Assembly: GCA_040437565.1 (NCBI GenBank)
Contig: JBDOQK010000007.1
Location: 1-64,000 of the forward strand
DNA length: 64,000 nt
Direction: 5' to 3'
Source of the DNA: Albugo candida
Lineage: Eukaryota
The notes beneath the pieces are model-generated. The model did not search any database. It was not told the DNA's origin and was given only the letters and a program-made list of their open reading frames with translations. Positions 1 through 12,235 of the stretch are shown here, piece after piece; positions within the stretch are counted from its first letter, which is position 1, and each line of letters starts with the position of its first letter. The translations under genes were made by a program, and so were the position numbers.

Positions 1-1334
1 CGCTTTGAGGTTGGAAATCCTCATCGATGCTTGCTATGGGCGGATTTTTGAATAATGATGAGGATGCCTTCGATGATTAATAAAATTGAAAGCAGATAGG
101 CTTTATATATATTTCCCCGCCGCAATGTGAGTTCTCCCCTGCTCAAATGCATATACAACTCTGATTATGTTCTGTTTGCGAGAAATTCAAATCCTTTGTA
201 ATTTCTTTGTGCATTTGTTTTTCTGTAATCATCAAAACGGCATCGTGGATCGAATTTTGTGCCCTTTTTACTCGCATAATTCTGATTTTTACGTGCTTCC
301 TTCGATTTGACTCTTTCGGACGGGNNNNNNNNNNNNNNNNNNNNNNNNNNNNNNNNNNNNNNNNNNNNNNNNNNNNNNNNNNNNNNNNNNNNNNNNNNNN
401 NNNNNNNNNNNNNNNNNNNNNNNNTTCAGAATTGCTAGGCAATGTCAATATTCACCTTACCTAGTCTTTCATACATTATATATTCTGTGCAAATATTCAT
501 GCGCAACGTTATTATTACACTAAAGGTTGCACATATTCCCTCAGTAAATAAAATAGCAAAGATATCATTTAGCGGAACCGTACCTATGGATTTAGAATGC
601 CATAAGCTAAAATAATCATTTGAGAGCACTTAACTGAGAAAACAAGGGAATTGCTAGACTCACCCTCGCTTTTTCCTAAACTCACCCCATGCATTTTTTA
701 GCTTATCATATTTGATATTTTTAATTAATCATTTTTGACTGATTAAAAGTGGAATTTGATGCAGGACGCANNNNNNNNNNNNNNNNNNNNNNNNNNNNNN
801 NNNNNNNNNNNNNNNNNNNNNNNNNNNNNNNNNNNNNNNNNNNNNNNNNNNNNNNNNNNNNNNNNNNNNNAAATAACATAAATCACATGCAGATGTGGCT
901 GGAAAAGTTACAAAAATGGAACCAGGCGCAATCAGACTGTGGAGTAGACTAGCCACTTAGCGCAGACTAATAAGCACTCACGTCTTCGTATGTTGAGAAG
1001 ATCTGATCTACCAGAAAAATATCCTTTTGGAGAACCTGATTGCAATCGGCCGAACAAAATCCTGTGCAGCTGATCAAGCTGTGCGGTATCAGATCACTGG
1101 CGCTGGTAAAACTGAATATAGGCACTGAATGTTCAATCGATTATCGAAACAGATGGTTCTGCTGGTGCTGGTCGAAAAGTCGTCGGTTCCGATCCGTCCA
1201 GATAAAGTGGATCACGATCGCAACCAATGTGGACCAAAGATTCTACAACACTACTCTGAATGGCTTCCACGTGTCCTGGATGAAAGGAAGTCGTTGACAC
1301 GCAATGTGCGTCCACTTAGGTCGACCTAGACAGA

Positions 1335-1850
1335 AAGCTTTCCACGAAGGAAGTAGCTCTTCTCAAATCGTGTAAGTCCTACTACAGTCGAAAAACAGAT
1401 GCTGATAACTTTCCACCTCACCATAACGCTCTTGTGTGCATAGGATGATTTCCGGATTAGCTTACTGTAGAAACCAGAATCGGGATCGCACTGGTAGAAT
1501 CGAATATGTAATTCGAAGCTGAATGTCCGAGTATATCGGTAATAAACGTCCGCGAAGACGTTTAGAACCCTTCGAGAAATCCTTCACCCAAGTCGAATCA
1601 CCTGCCCGGCCTCTCTCCGGTATGTGCATCAGTAGTGGGTGAGGCTTATCCGGTAGTTCTGCTTTACCAACAACTCGAAAAGTTCAATTCTGAGGAACAT
1701 TTGGAAAGAACACCTTCTTATCCAAAATTTGAACAGTCGGTGTCCAGTATCTTGGAACATCTGTATCGGAATGGAGCGGAAATTCTTCTAGGAATTAGAC
1801 TCGTTGTTTCTTGAGTTGCTTCTCGATCATCTTAACCTGTAAACTACCTT
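1335..1850 (-). mobile_element. LINE (L1/Tx1-like) ORF2 3' fragment with an internal deletion
   Basis: The minus strand aligns by eye to the LINE at 63180-63285 (atgatcga..aagaaacaacga..ctggacac) and then jumps to 63880-64000 (ggataagaa..ccggataagcc.cacccact..ccggagag). It continues with an LPVRSRFWFL-like motif also seen at 31060-31100. Confidence 0.8.
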
Positions 1851-2339
1851 GTGATTAAGGCAGATATAAAAGTGCCTATCGAATGAGCTACATATGTGTC
1901 GAATTCCGCTCATACTTTCGACTCAACAAAAACCGATTTTTTTATCGATTGCCATCGTCGCAGTAAATGCCTCGGGACATTAAAATGTGCCGTAAAATGC
2001 CATAATCTTTACAAAATCATAGTCTGCGCCACCAGTAAACGTCCACGCACCGTTCTTGCACGACGATACTACTGTCTAAAAACACCATAAAAACGATCTT
2101 CTAGGAATTCTATCATCAAATCACCCACTGGTGATTGACGGAAAAGAACTTCAAGAAGCCGCAGTCCGTGAGTTATTACACAATCATGGACTCGCAAAGC
2201 TAATGCAGTGCGATGCCCAATGGGAGTAGAGCACCCGAGTAAAGTTCAACCTAAAGAAGGCGCGTTATTGCGAGCAAATGGCTGAAGATCAACCTAAAGG
2301 ATGCGTGTTACTGCGAGCAAGTGGGCCTGGTACATCTGA

Positions 2340-3018
2340 ACACTCAACAATTGAGGCATTTCGGTCGCTGCTCGAAAGTTTACTGCGTATTGCTCTATGT
2401 ACGCGACCGGGCATCTTTTTTGCTGTGCATCGCGCATCCCGACGTGCCACGTTCCCACTATCTGCGGTTACGAATTGGCAAAAAGCATCGCTCGCAACTT
2501 GGCTGGCAGTGCTGCTCTTAGATTAGCGACGAAATGCGATGGTAAACCCGCTCTTCCGAGAAGAAAAGAATGTATATCGATGTCGATTTTGTTGGTGACA
2601 AAATAGTCAGGAAGTCTTTCAGCGTAGTAATTCTTCGTATCAACGAAATGATCGTGGTTTGGCACTGCAAGAAGCAAACGGCAGTGGCTCCATCAACTGC
2701 TGAGGCGAAACATTTTGCTGCGTCTGGTGGCGGCAAAGAGCTTCTTGGGTTTAGAATTGGCTGGGGACTTCGGCCTTCCAGCTACACTCCGATGCGAATC
2801 AACATGGACAACGAGGCTGCTATCAATCAAGTGAAAACGAAGCCAGCTGAAGCCGGGCGAAGCATGTGGATGTGCGCTCGATATTTATGGGCGATCACTA
2901 CCCTAAAGGTGCTATTCGACCGACCTAAGTGACTGCGCACAATATGCTAATTGACATCCTGAAAAAGGCAATTCCAGCGCCTCGAATTCAAGCTTTGCGT
3001 TCTTCTGTTGGTTTCTAG
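2340..3018 (+). mobile_element. Ty1/Copia remnant: RT C-terminus and RNase H, frameshifted
   Basis: FRSLLESLLRIALCTRPGIFFAV; DVDFVGDKIVRKS..WHCKKQTAVAPSTAEAK; MDNEAAI. A purine tract GGGGAGTAG followed by TGTTG at ~3033-3046 looks like a PPT and the start of a 3' LTR. Confidence 0.85.
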
Positions 3019-3323
3019 TAGGCACAAGCCCTGGGGAGTAGTGTTGAAGGGGTGTCTGATCCGGCTGGATGTTGCCTGGTTTAGTTACAGAAGGAGATAT
3101 ACGAGAGCGATCAGGGTGTGAAACGTAGAGATACCAATATTGGCTAGTAGAACGAGTGGATATAGAGTAGGTTGCTCCTAGGTACGACTACGACTTGGGC
3201 AATACATGTTCACTCTGCAAAAAATACTTGTTTTGGACCACGCTGTCTTGATCGTACGGTGCACGACACTTAAAACCAGCAAAACCTCATTTTGAATGGC
3301 CAATTGTCGGATCATATTACCCT

Positions 3324-3410
3324 ATAATGTTGCCGCTGCTGATTAGCTAAAAGTACATCATAAGTCAGGGAAATAATGTTGCCACTGCTGATTGTTTAAA
3401 AGTACATCAT
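3324..3410 (+). repeat. Imperfect 38-bp direct repeat, period 49 (3324-3361, 3373-3410)
   Basis: ataatgttgccgctgctgattagctaaaagtacatcat vs ataatgttgccactgctgattgtttaaaagtacatcat. Confidence 0.9.
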
Positions 3411-3435
3411 GAACAATCGTCATTGCCCTGACCTA

Positions 3436-5687
3436 GGCTCAGTCATCGCCACTAACTACTTACCCGCTTTAAACCTCAACCATCAACCTTCATTCCGACA
3501 AATATCGTACAATTATGCCTCGCCTAACAAAGTTAAAAAGTCAGATGCGGGAAATGAGAGAGGTCAAGCGCGACAAAACCGATAACAGCTCAGGCATTCA
3601 TGTGTCTACTGATAGCAGTTCTGGAGAAGACATGGATGTTTCGGAGGGCAATGATGACGAAAATCTCGACTTCGCATCTGTTGAAGCAAATATTGGAAGA
3701 GCCTATCAGGCAAGTGTTCTAGTTCTGCCGTTACCAGGATTAAACCATAACAGGCCAATCCAATATACAGGTGGTGCACCGAACTCAAAGACCGAAAAGA
3801 GCCAAACTGAAGAAGGCTGCTGTTGGCTGTTATCTTTTGACCAAATACTTTGCTGTTGCAGGACCAGTTTCGCAAGAAGCTGAGGTCACGGATGGGGGTG
3901 ACAAAGAAGATGACGACGAGGATGGTGCAGTCTGGACTAGGGAGAGGCTGACAACCACCCTTAACACACTTGCCACCCGAGCAAAGACTGGTAAAGCCGA
4001 GCAAAACCGGCGACTTGCAGTTCTTTTTTATCTTCAGCTGGTAAAATCTGGATATGCGCGAATAGCAGCTAGCATACTGATAGCGGAAGGTGCTGGGAGG
4101 GGTGTGTATTTTGCGCGATCTCTGCGTGCTTGGGCAACACTCTGCCTAGAGGGCGAAGAATTGCCTTTGACGCGGACGGGAAAACATGCAAAACGGTGAA
4201 GCTACCTACAGGATGAGGAGTGCATTCTACCGTTCCAGGAGTATCTTCGAGCGAACAAGTTCAAGGTGGAAGTATCAGCTTTGACAGAGCATGTCAACAC
4301 GAACATCGTTCCGCGACTTGGATACGCCCCATCTCTCACAATCTCTGAAAGCACTGCGACACTCTGGCTCCATTCACTGGACATCAAATACCGCACAGTG
4401 ACGAAAGGAATATACATTGACGGCCATGAGCGGGAGGATGTCATTGCGTACCGGAAACACTTCCTGGATCGAATGGCCGACCTTGAGGCGCGGATGCCGA
4501 CTATTGTTGGAAAGGAGGAAGTCGATGGTAAGAATGAGTTCACTGCCATCACCTGGCCCCCTGATGGCATTCGTCCACTCATCTTGGTCACTCATGATGA
4601 GGGTACTTTTGCTCTTCATGATGGACTTAAGCGTCTTTGGTTACCATACGGTGAACAACCATTACGAAAGAAAGGGACAGGGCAGGTCCATTCACGTCAG
4701 CGACTTCCTTTGCAACATCATAGGCCGGTTAGCAATTGATTAAGAAAAGGCTGCTCAGCATCCTGACCTACAAGCAGCGGTCCGCTTCATCATGCAACCT
4801 GGTACGCAGCATGACGGATGGTTGACATCGGAGAAACTGTGCAAACAAGTCTGTGACTTGGCTATCCCAATCTTCGAAGCTTAATTTCCCGGCTGTCAAG
4901 CTCTTTTTGCCTTCGACAATGCAACTGGACACAGTGCATTCGCCCCCGATGCCCTTCGCGCCGGCGCAATGAACTTGTCAAGTGGAGGCAAGCAGCCAAA
5001 GATGCGTGCAACAACATGGGGATACGAAGTCTCTCAGGATTTGGTTTTTGCTTATGACCATCCTGATGAAACGCTCCGTGGTCAGGCAAAGGGACTGAAA
5101 GTTGATCTGGAGGAACGTGGGCTGTGGGAAGCTGGCCGGAAGGCGCGAGACAAAATATGTCCTGTGGATGGCGCAAGCTGCTGAGCCAGAAAAATCATGG
5201 CCAACAATCAGACTTCAAATCACAAGTAGGAATGATAGAGGAGCGAATTGTTGCCGCTGGTCATCAAGTGATATTTTACCCAAAATTTCACTGCGAGCTC
5301 AACTACATTAAAAACTCTTGGGCAGCCGCTAAGCGATACGCCAGAAAACACTGCGATTACACTTGGAAAAATTTACTGGTAACAGTTCCAGCTGCCTTGG
5401 CATCTGTTCCACTGGACGAGATACGTCGACACTTACGAAAAGCTTTGCGATACATGGACACCCGAAAAGGTCTCACCGGAAAAGAAGCAGACTATGCGGT
5501 GAAAAAGTACAAATCCCACCTACGTGTACCCAATTCTATTTCAATGGATGTGGGTGTTATGACAAGATAAGTAGCATCTTTATTGAAAGTTTCCTGCAAA
5601 ACTAATATTATCCTTCGGAACATAGTATTATCCTGCGAAACCTAATATTCGACAGAATAGTTAAGGCGGCCAAATTTCCTCCAGCCC
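3436..5687 (+). mobile_element. IS630/Tc1-mariner-like DNA transposon with a disrupted DDE transposase (3515-5570)
   Basis: YIDGHEREDV, LVTHDEGTF, FAFDNATGH and YPKFHCELNYIK motifs occur across frameshifted ORFs. Tentative ends are flanked by TA at 3434-35 and 5688-89, with weak terminal inverted similarity. Confidence 0.75.
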
Positions 5688-5882
5688 TAGGTAAATGCCA
5701 AAATTCAGACGACTTTGCACCGATACTGCTTTATGAAAGGTTGAAATAATCCGAGCCTTGTGAAGGGAAGCTTAGAGCATGCTCTTTGTTGCCAAAGGCT
5801 TGTTTTCTGTGTAATTTGTCTTTTGGCCAAGCTTTAGCGATTCTTGCAAAGCCACTAAAGTTGCTGGCTTCAAGTGACATGC

Positions 5883-6542
5883 ACTATACTAAAGCATACT
5901 TTATGGTGGATGAACTGAGCGATATGGTAAATAAGTTGAATTCAATTTCATAGTGTATCTGTGCCGAGTTTAGTTGCAAGTGAGTCGCCGCGCGTCACAA
6001 GTGATGAATTTTAGCGAATGCATTAGTGATGAGCGATGCAATTTAGCCAATGATTTGGGAGGTGAGGGAATACTATTAAGAGGGTGAGAAAATACTAAAG
6101 TCTCCCAATAACAAGTGTATATCACCCAAATGCTGTCGGCACGAATTACAGCCAATGTGAGCNNNNNNNNNNNNNNNNNNNNNNNNNNNNNNNNNNNNNN
6201 NNNNNNNNNNNNNNNNNNNNNNNNNNNNNNNNNNNNNNNNNNNNNNNNNNNNNNNNNNNNNNACTATACTAAAGCATACTTTATGGTGGATGAACTGAGC
6301 GATATGGTAAATAAGTTGAATTCAATTTCATAGTGTATCTGTGCCGAGTTTAGTTGCAAGTGAGTCGCCGCGCGTCACAAGTGATGAATTTTAGCGAATG
6401 CATTAGTGATGAGCGATGCAATTTAGCCAATGATTTGGGAGGTGAGGGAATACTATTAAGAGGGTGAGAAAATACTAAAGTCTCCCAATAACAAGTGTAT
6501 ATCACCCAAATGCTGTCGGCACGAATTACAGCCAATGTGAGC
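5883..6542. repeat. 280-bp exact duplication flanking an N gap (5883-6162 = 6263-6542); probable scaffolding artefact
   Basis: Identical sequence directly on both sides of a 100-N gap. Confidence 0.9.
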
Positions 6543-6772
6543 ACTCGCTCTGGATTTGCAGGAAATGAAAGGGCGTCGCCTTTGACTAAGGAGGTGGGAA
6601 TCCAGATCACGCTTGGAGCAGTACCAAGTGCACGCTGCCATCCAAGTTGGATTCTCAGTAGCAATCTTGCTACTGATAGGCAGTAGAAATATCATAATTT
6701 GTTATTTGAAACTTTTAAACCTTGGTTTGTTTTGATTGAAGAAATACTGAAAGACTGTAAATATGCGAAAGC

Positions 6773-7559
6773 TTAGGGCAAAAAGTAAATTTTATCTTGT
6801 AGCTTATCTAGTCTGACTAAATCCGTCAGGTGTATGCTTTTTCGTCTTCTTTTAATCGATCTTTGGAGCCTCGCGTCCTGCTCACGGAATATCATTAGCG
6901 CCTGCTCGAGAGCTAATGGATCGCCGAAGATTTCTGTAGTCGGTGTGAGCAATAAGCGTAGCTGTGAGTCCATTGATGGCACATAAGAAGACCTTCGAAG
7001 TATTAAATGCGCTTGAAAAATCATTTTTCAAATTGAGTACATGAAAGAAGTAATGGAACACAATGCTGACGATTACAGCAAATTAAAGATCACCTTTAGG
7101 TGGGGAAATTGCTTGCATAGTGGCCAAACTTGGTAGTTGTTTCAGAATATCTACCACATGGGTACGGACAAATTCACCAACTTTTGAACAGAACTCCATC
7201 TTGCGCGGCCCATGTTGTTTGGCGCACGCTTGTATTTCCTTGTTTATTTTTGTGTCATTATCCTCCACTGTACGGCGTTGTTCCATAGATTCACGATTCA
7301 GTTCTTCTAACTTTTGGTCCAGTCCTACCAATTATTGGTTCAGCTGTTTGATCATTCCTCTTACCTCCGGCCATTCATCACCTTCTGGCAAAGAATTCTT
7401 ATTCCCATTAATCAGTGTTGCGCTTTAAACCTCTTTTCCTCCCCCTCACTTGACATAGTCAGTCTCAGATCTCTCGGTGGTGTGTACCAAATTCCTGGTG
7501 GGGTGAGTTTGCGCGTGTGATCAAACAAGGCTGAGTAGTATGGCTAGTGTTCGGAGCAT
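6773..7559 (-). pseudogene. Pseudogenised secreted protein (effector-like, coiled-coil)
   Basis: ATG at 7559 gives MLRTLAILLSLV*SHAQTHPTRNLVHTTERSE..., in frame with ORF 7083-7331 through four internal stops. The N-terminus is signal-peptide-like. Confidence 0.5.
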
Positions 7560-9985
7560 CTGTGCACAAAATGGTGAATATGCGAATGACAAGTGATCAG
7601 TGAATGTGACCAAAAAACAGAACTGGACGCATCCAGCATTTGACATTCTATATCGAAAAAATTCCACTATGTGGAATAAAGCTAGGGCATATTAGCTGCA
7701 TTTCTCGCATGTGCACTCCGATCGTAAGTACTTCCTAGCAAGAATTTCTCAGTAGAGTTATTTATCAGAAATGTTGTCAGAGTCTGAGCCATTCCGGCGA
7801 ATACGCGCACAAAACGTCATATAAGGTGTTTGATTGCAGTGCAAGGATGGCATTGGGCAAATATCTGATATCGATGCTTTTTATGTTTACGACTTGAAAA
7901 AAAAAACATAAACAACAAGAATATGGAATGTGTGTTCTCCTTGCAAGTTTTTTCTATGTGCTACACCAAACCGCAACTATGTTTCTATTTTTATTGTAGG
8001 TTAAGCTTTGCTTGTGGTTGAAACTTATAGCCAATCACGTCTGGTCTTTTCGTATGACTCAGTAGTTATGGGAATCCTTACAAACTCACCATCAAGCATT
8101 GATTTCTGGAATAAAGATCGGGTACCTCGTGACCCGTGTGTACGGCTTTGTACCGCTTCATGCATTCCTTAGTGCAGTAATCAACAAATGTTTCGATTGA
8201 AATAGATACCCTTAGTGTTTTGACTTTCTTCGAAGGCATCCTCCTCGCATCTCTTCATCGTATATTCTCAAGTATCCTCCTTGTCAGGATCTCATACCAG
8301 CTACAAAAATTTCACGATAATTTCGTACGGATGAGGCGTATTTATCGCTGCTGCCTTATCTGATTGATGCTCTTATGGTTCGTCGCCTTTGGGAGCTCCC
8401 AAGCCTTCGATATAGATCGTTGCCATTCCGTCTACTATAGAATAAGGAGGCGATGTAGGCAACAATGATTCAACATTTCATGCAGACAATTATGTAATTC
8501 TATAGCATGACTGTAAGTAGGAGCACTCGGCTGTTGAAGTGTTATTTTATACTATAAAGTGTAATTCGATAGATTTATGTGAGTGCGACCGCTGCAACAT
8601 TTGAGGTGCACTGCGACAGCAAAGTATATTATTCATTGTGTGGCCCCTTATATGCTGCAATTTGATGGTCAACAGACGATGCCTCCTCCTATCTGTGGCG
8701 ACCGCCGCATCTTTTCAGCTTATGACGCCATATTTCTTTGCCTTACGCAGTGGTCGGCTTGGCGATTCGACAACTGAAATTAAATAAGATGGGCGTCACC
8801 AAGGCAACAAAGAGTCAACAACACCTTGGACAGATCCTGTAGATACATCCCTGGCAATACTCTCTACATGGTCATATCGAATCTTTCGTTGACATGTAAA
8901 AGAAAAGTGTGTCAGCGAGCAAAAAGCGTTTAGTCACAGGCACACCCGAAATTTGTCACGGATACCGTAGCATCAAATCGTGATATCCTAGAGAAGAAGA
9001 ACAGAAGCGTATAGTGCTGAAATGTACATTTCAATTCGAATTGAGAATCACCAAAGTCGCCTACATACATTCACAAGTTGGAGTCGAGCATCGATACACA
9101 CACAAAACATGTCCTAGAAGAGAGATAACCGAAGCAATGCGGAGAATCTTACTTTTGCTAAAGAAAAGTAATGCATTGCATCAAGTAATAGATACTGAAT
9201 CCATGTTCGTGCTGAAGACATTCATTGGTGATCCCGAATGGAAAAAAACGAAACGGAATGTAAAGAGTCCCTCTGATGCACAATTCCCACCTATCGGGAC
9301 CGAATAAACGGGAGATGATCATGAATTGGAGCAAAACATTTGGTTGGGATTGTGCGCTACTTATATCGATGTATTTCAACAAAAAAGAAACAATATGGGG
9401 ATCAATGAAAGGTTCATGATGCCAATAAAGATCTCAGCAAAGAGAAGACAGCGTTGGAACGGAGAAATCGAATTATGAGAAAGCACAATGGGATCGAAAT
9501 ACTGACTCATACGATCGATAGATTGTCTACTCGGAGGTGGATACTGGAACCCATTCATGCGATGTACAGGGTGATATAGAGAACAATGCGCATCTTCATG
9601 GTTAAAACACAATCGCTGATGGTTGTCTCGTGCTTGAATATAAGTTTTCGACTATCTCCATTCAATGTACGTAAGGATGATCTCAGGCTTATGGGAGTTT
9701 ATACACAAAAAGCAGGAAGTAGGCAACTGAAAATTGAGTATTATAGAGAGTAAGAATGATGGGTTAAGATTGGTGCAATGAAAGTACAAGCACAATTCGT
9801 CCAAGTGATTTTCAAAGCGATGAGACCGATGAATTGGCTATAAAAAAGTTGAATGCGATCCAAATTGCGGTAAGTAGACATTCTGCAAAACTTAATCAAC
9901 ATCGTACCTCTCCATTTTCTGCATCAAAGTATCACCATCAGGAACGGATTCAGGCGCTTTCTATTCCGGGGAATAAATGCTCATC

Positions 9986-10389
9986 TATTCATATTCTTTG
10001 GAACAGAGTCTATGAAGCTGGAAGAAATGATCCTAGATGCTCTTTCTGAAGCTACCATCATGCTTGAATTCCATGCTGATCGGTACAATGCTCAATATCA
10101 ACCGATTCACCTTTGACTATCAGCACCAGTCCAGCTGNNNNNNNNNNNNNNNNNNNNNNNNNNNNNNNNNNNNNNNNNNNNNNNNNNNNNNNNNNNNNNN
10201 NNNNNNNNNNNNNNNNNNNNNNNNNNNNNNNNNNNNNTATTCATATTCTTTGGAACAGAGTCTATGAAGCTGGAAGAAATGATCCTAGATGCTCTTTCTG
10301 AAGCTACCATCATGCTTGAATTCCATGCTGATCGGTACAATGCTCAATATCAACCGATTCACCTTTGACTATCAGCACCAGTCCAGCTG
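9986..10389. repeat. 152-bp exact duplication flanking an N gap; probable scaffolding artefact
   Basis: 9986-10137 = 10238-10389. Confidence 0.9.
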
Positions 10390-12066
10390 TAGCAATTTGT
10401 TAAGCACCCTGGTAATTTATTCCCGCTGCAGCTAAAGCCAAATTCCTGTGGTACCGAGTACGCAGCATCGACGCAAAGTATCAGTGACCAAAGTCTACTT
10501 GCGTAGAGCTCTATCGCGTCGCTTGATTTCAAAACTGGCGTCGTTGTATCTCATAACAAGAGACCACTACACTTTTGTATGACAAAAACGTTCATTGATT
10601 CCATTCCAATGACGAGCGTGTATCACTAGTTAAAGACGCTTGTGCATTACAGGAAAATGCTTACTTGTTTTGCTACGTCCGTGGTAGTGTAGACAACTCG
10701 AAGTGAGAGATAGCAACTTCACTACAATGGATATCGATACAAATGTAATTCCATGAGTTACCTGGTTACGGGTCGAACGGCTTCATCTAACGGTAGCATT
10801 GTGATCAAGCGTCGCCTTCACTAATTGGAACTGCAGCCCCTTGCCGAAAAGGCTAGCAGTCTTCTCACGGTCTCATTTCTGAAAAAGATTCGCAAGCGCA
10901 CATCATACAAAGGAATAGAGGATCTACAAATAAAAGCGTAGGACAGAAAGAGCAACTTCATTTTGTACCATTTTAAACGCGTCGTTAGTTTTTATACCAA
11001 TAAATTCTGTTTTGAGTTGCTTTACTTTATGTGCAGTAGGGATCTCTCGCCTGGAGATCAAGCAGCAGTTACCAATGTAAAGCATATCTTCGGTATGTCT
11101 CATCAATGTATGCACATCCTTACCACAATGCATTCGTTCGTGCTGCATGTGCGCTTAGTATGCAGTTGGTCGGTCTTGTAAATGAAAGCTTTATGTGTAA
11201 GAGGTGTGATTTGCTTGTCTCACCTTTCGTTTTGTGATAAAGTAAAAAGTCTTCAAAACGCCATTATAACGCTCACGATACGCACGGCTTGCGCCAGACT
11301 TAAGAAATTAGGATCGCTGAAAGCTACTCGCTTGATTATCTCACAAAAATGTACATGCAGAAGACAGAGTGCATTTGGATGTGGGTTCTAGAGCATTGGA
11401 GATTTTTGATGAATTTCTGGGATCGAACAACTATCATTCCATCGCGCTCGATGACATCAACTTGCTGGTCTCCCTAGTTGAAGTTACAAGGGTATTGCGG
11501 AAAATGAGCGACGTGTTTTTACGCCATTTCGGTTGAAGATGTACTTGATTGGCTTCCAATTGTGCGTGTCAATACGCTGTCTATTAGTGCTGACTAAAAG
11601 CGGTTCACACAAAGAATTGATAAAGCATCAGGCGACAAATAGTTGAATGATTGCAGAGATGGACGAGTTAGTCAGTTTGAGGGTTTTTGTCTGCAAAAAC
11701 GTGAAAAGATGAGCGTTTGTGACCTTAATAAATCTGCCGATATTGTCAATTCAGAATAGTCGCATGATGTTTCTATGTTATGTTTGAGTAGTAATCTCGT
11801 TATGAATGTTTCACTTGGTGCTCTTGAAAGGCGACGGTTGGCTTTCTCGCTGTTAAGCTTGTAATATACAAGATGGCGTAAAGTCACGGCGAGTGTGAGT
11901 TTATGAATCAAAAGCGAGATTAGACACGGAAAACGTTAAATACGTCGCATCATGTCTGCAAAATCACAGTCAAACTAATAAGAAGTCAGCTCTTGAAATG
12001 ATGTAAGCGGGACTAAATCTTGTATATTCACTAATATCATCTCGAATCCGCTTTATGGTCACATCG

Positions 12067-12235
12067 TGTAACGCCGGCAGGAGGAAGCAAATGAAGATAT
12101 TTGCTGGCGGAGCTCTATTTGATAAAATAATGGAAAGTGAGATTTTTAATTACAGAATCCTGGTTCACCTTTCTGCTTGGCTAATTCAGTTCTTCAACTA
12201 TGTAGAATTATGTATGTGCAATGGAGGTTGTTACA
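12067..12235 (-). repeat. Gypsy 3' LTR (169 bp), with PPT GGGAGGA immediately upstream on the minus strand
   Basis: TGTAAC..GTTACA termini; similar to 16880-17061. Confidence 0.92.

Noticed and set aside
3324-3410. 38-bp direct repeat as a CRISPR-like array
   Set aside because: Only two units with an 11-bp spacer, eukaryotic context and no cas genes.
5883-6542. Exact direct repeats flanking gaps (also 9986-10389, 26955-27354, 54957-55327) as tandem duplications
   Set aside because: Each is 100% identical and directly abuts a ~100-N gap, typical of unmerged contig overlaps.
6350-6700. Possible CCG effector remnant (QDC..LLRIQLG; GCNSCRQHLG)
   Set aside because: Needs several frameshifts and has no clear signal peptide; too speculative.
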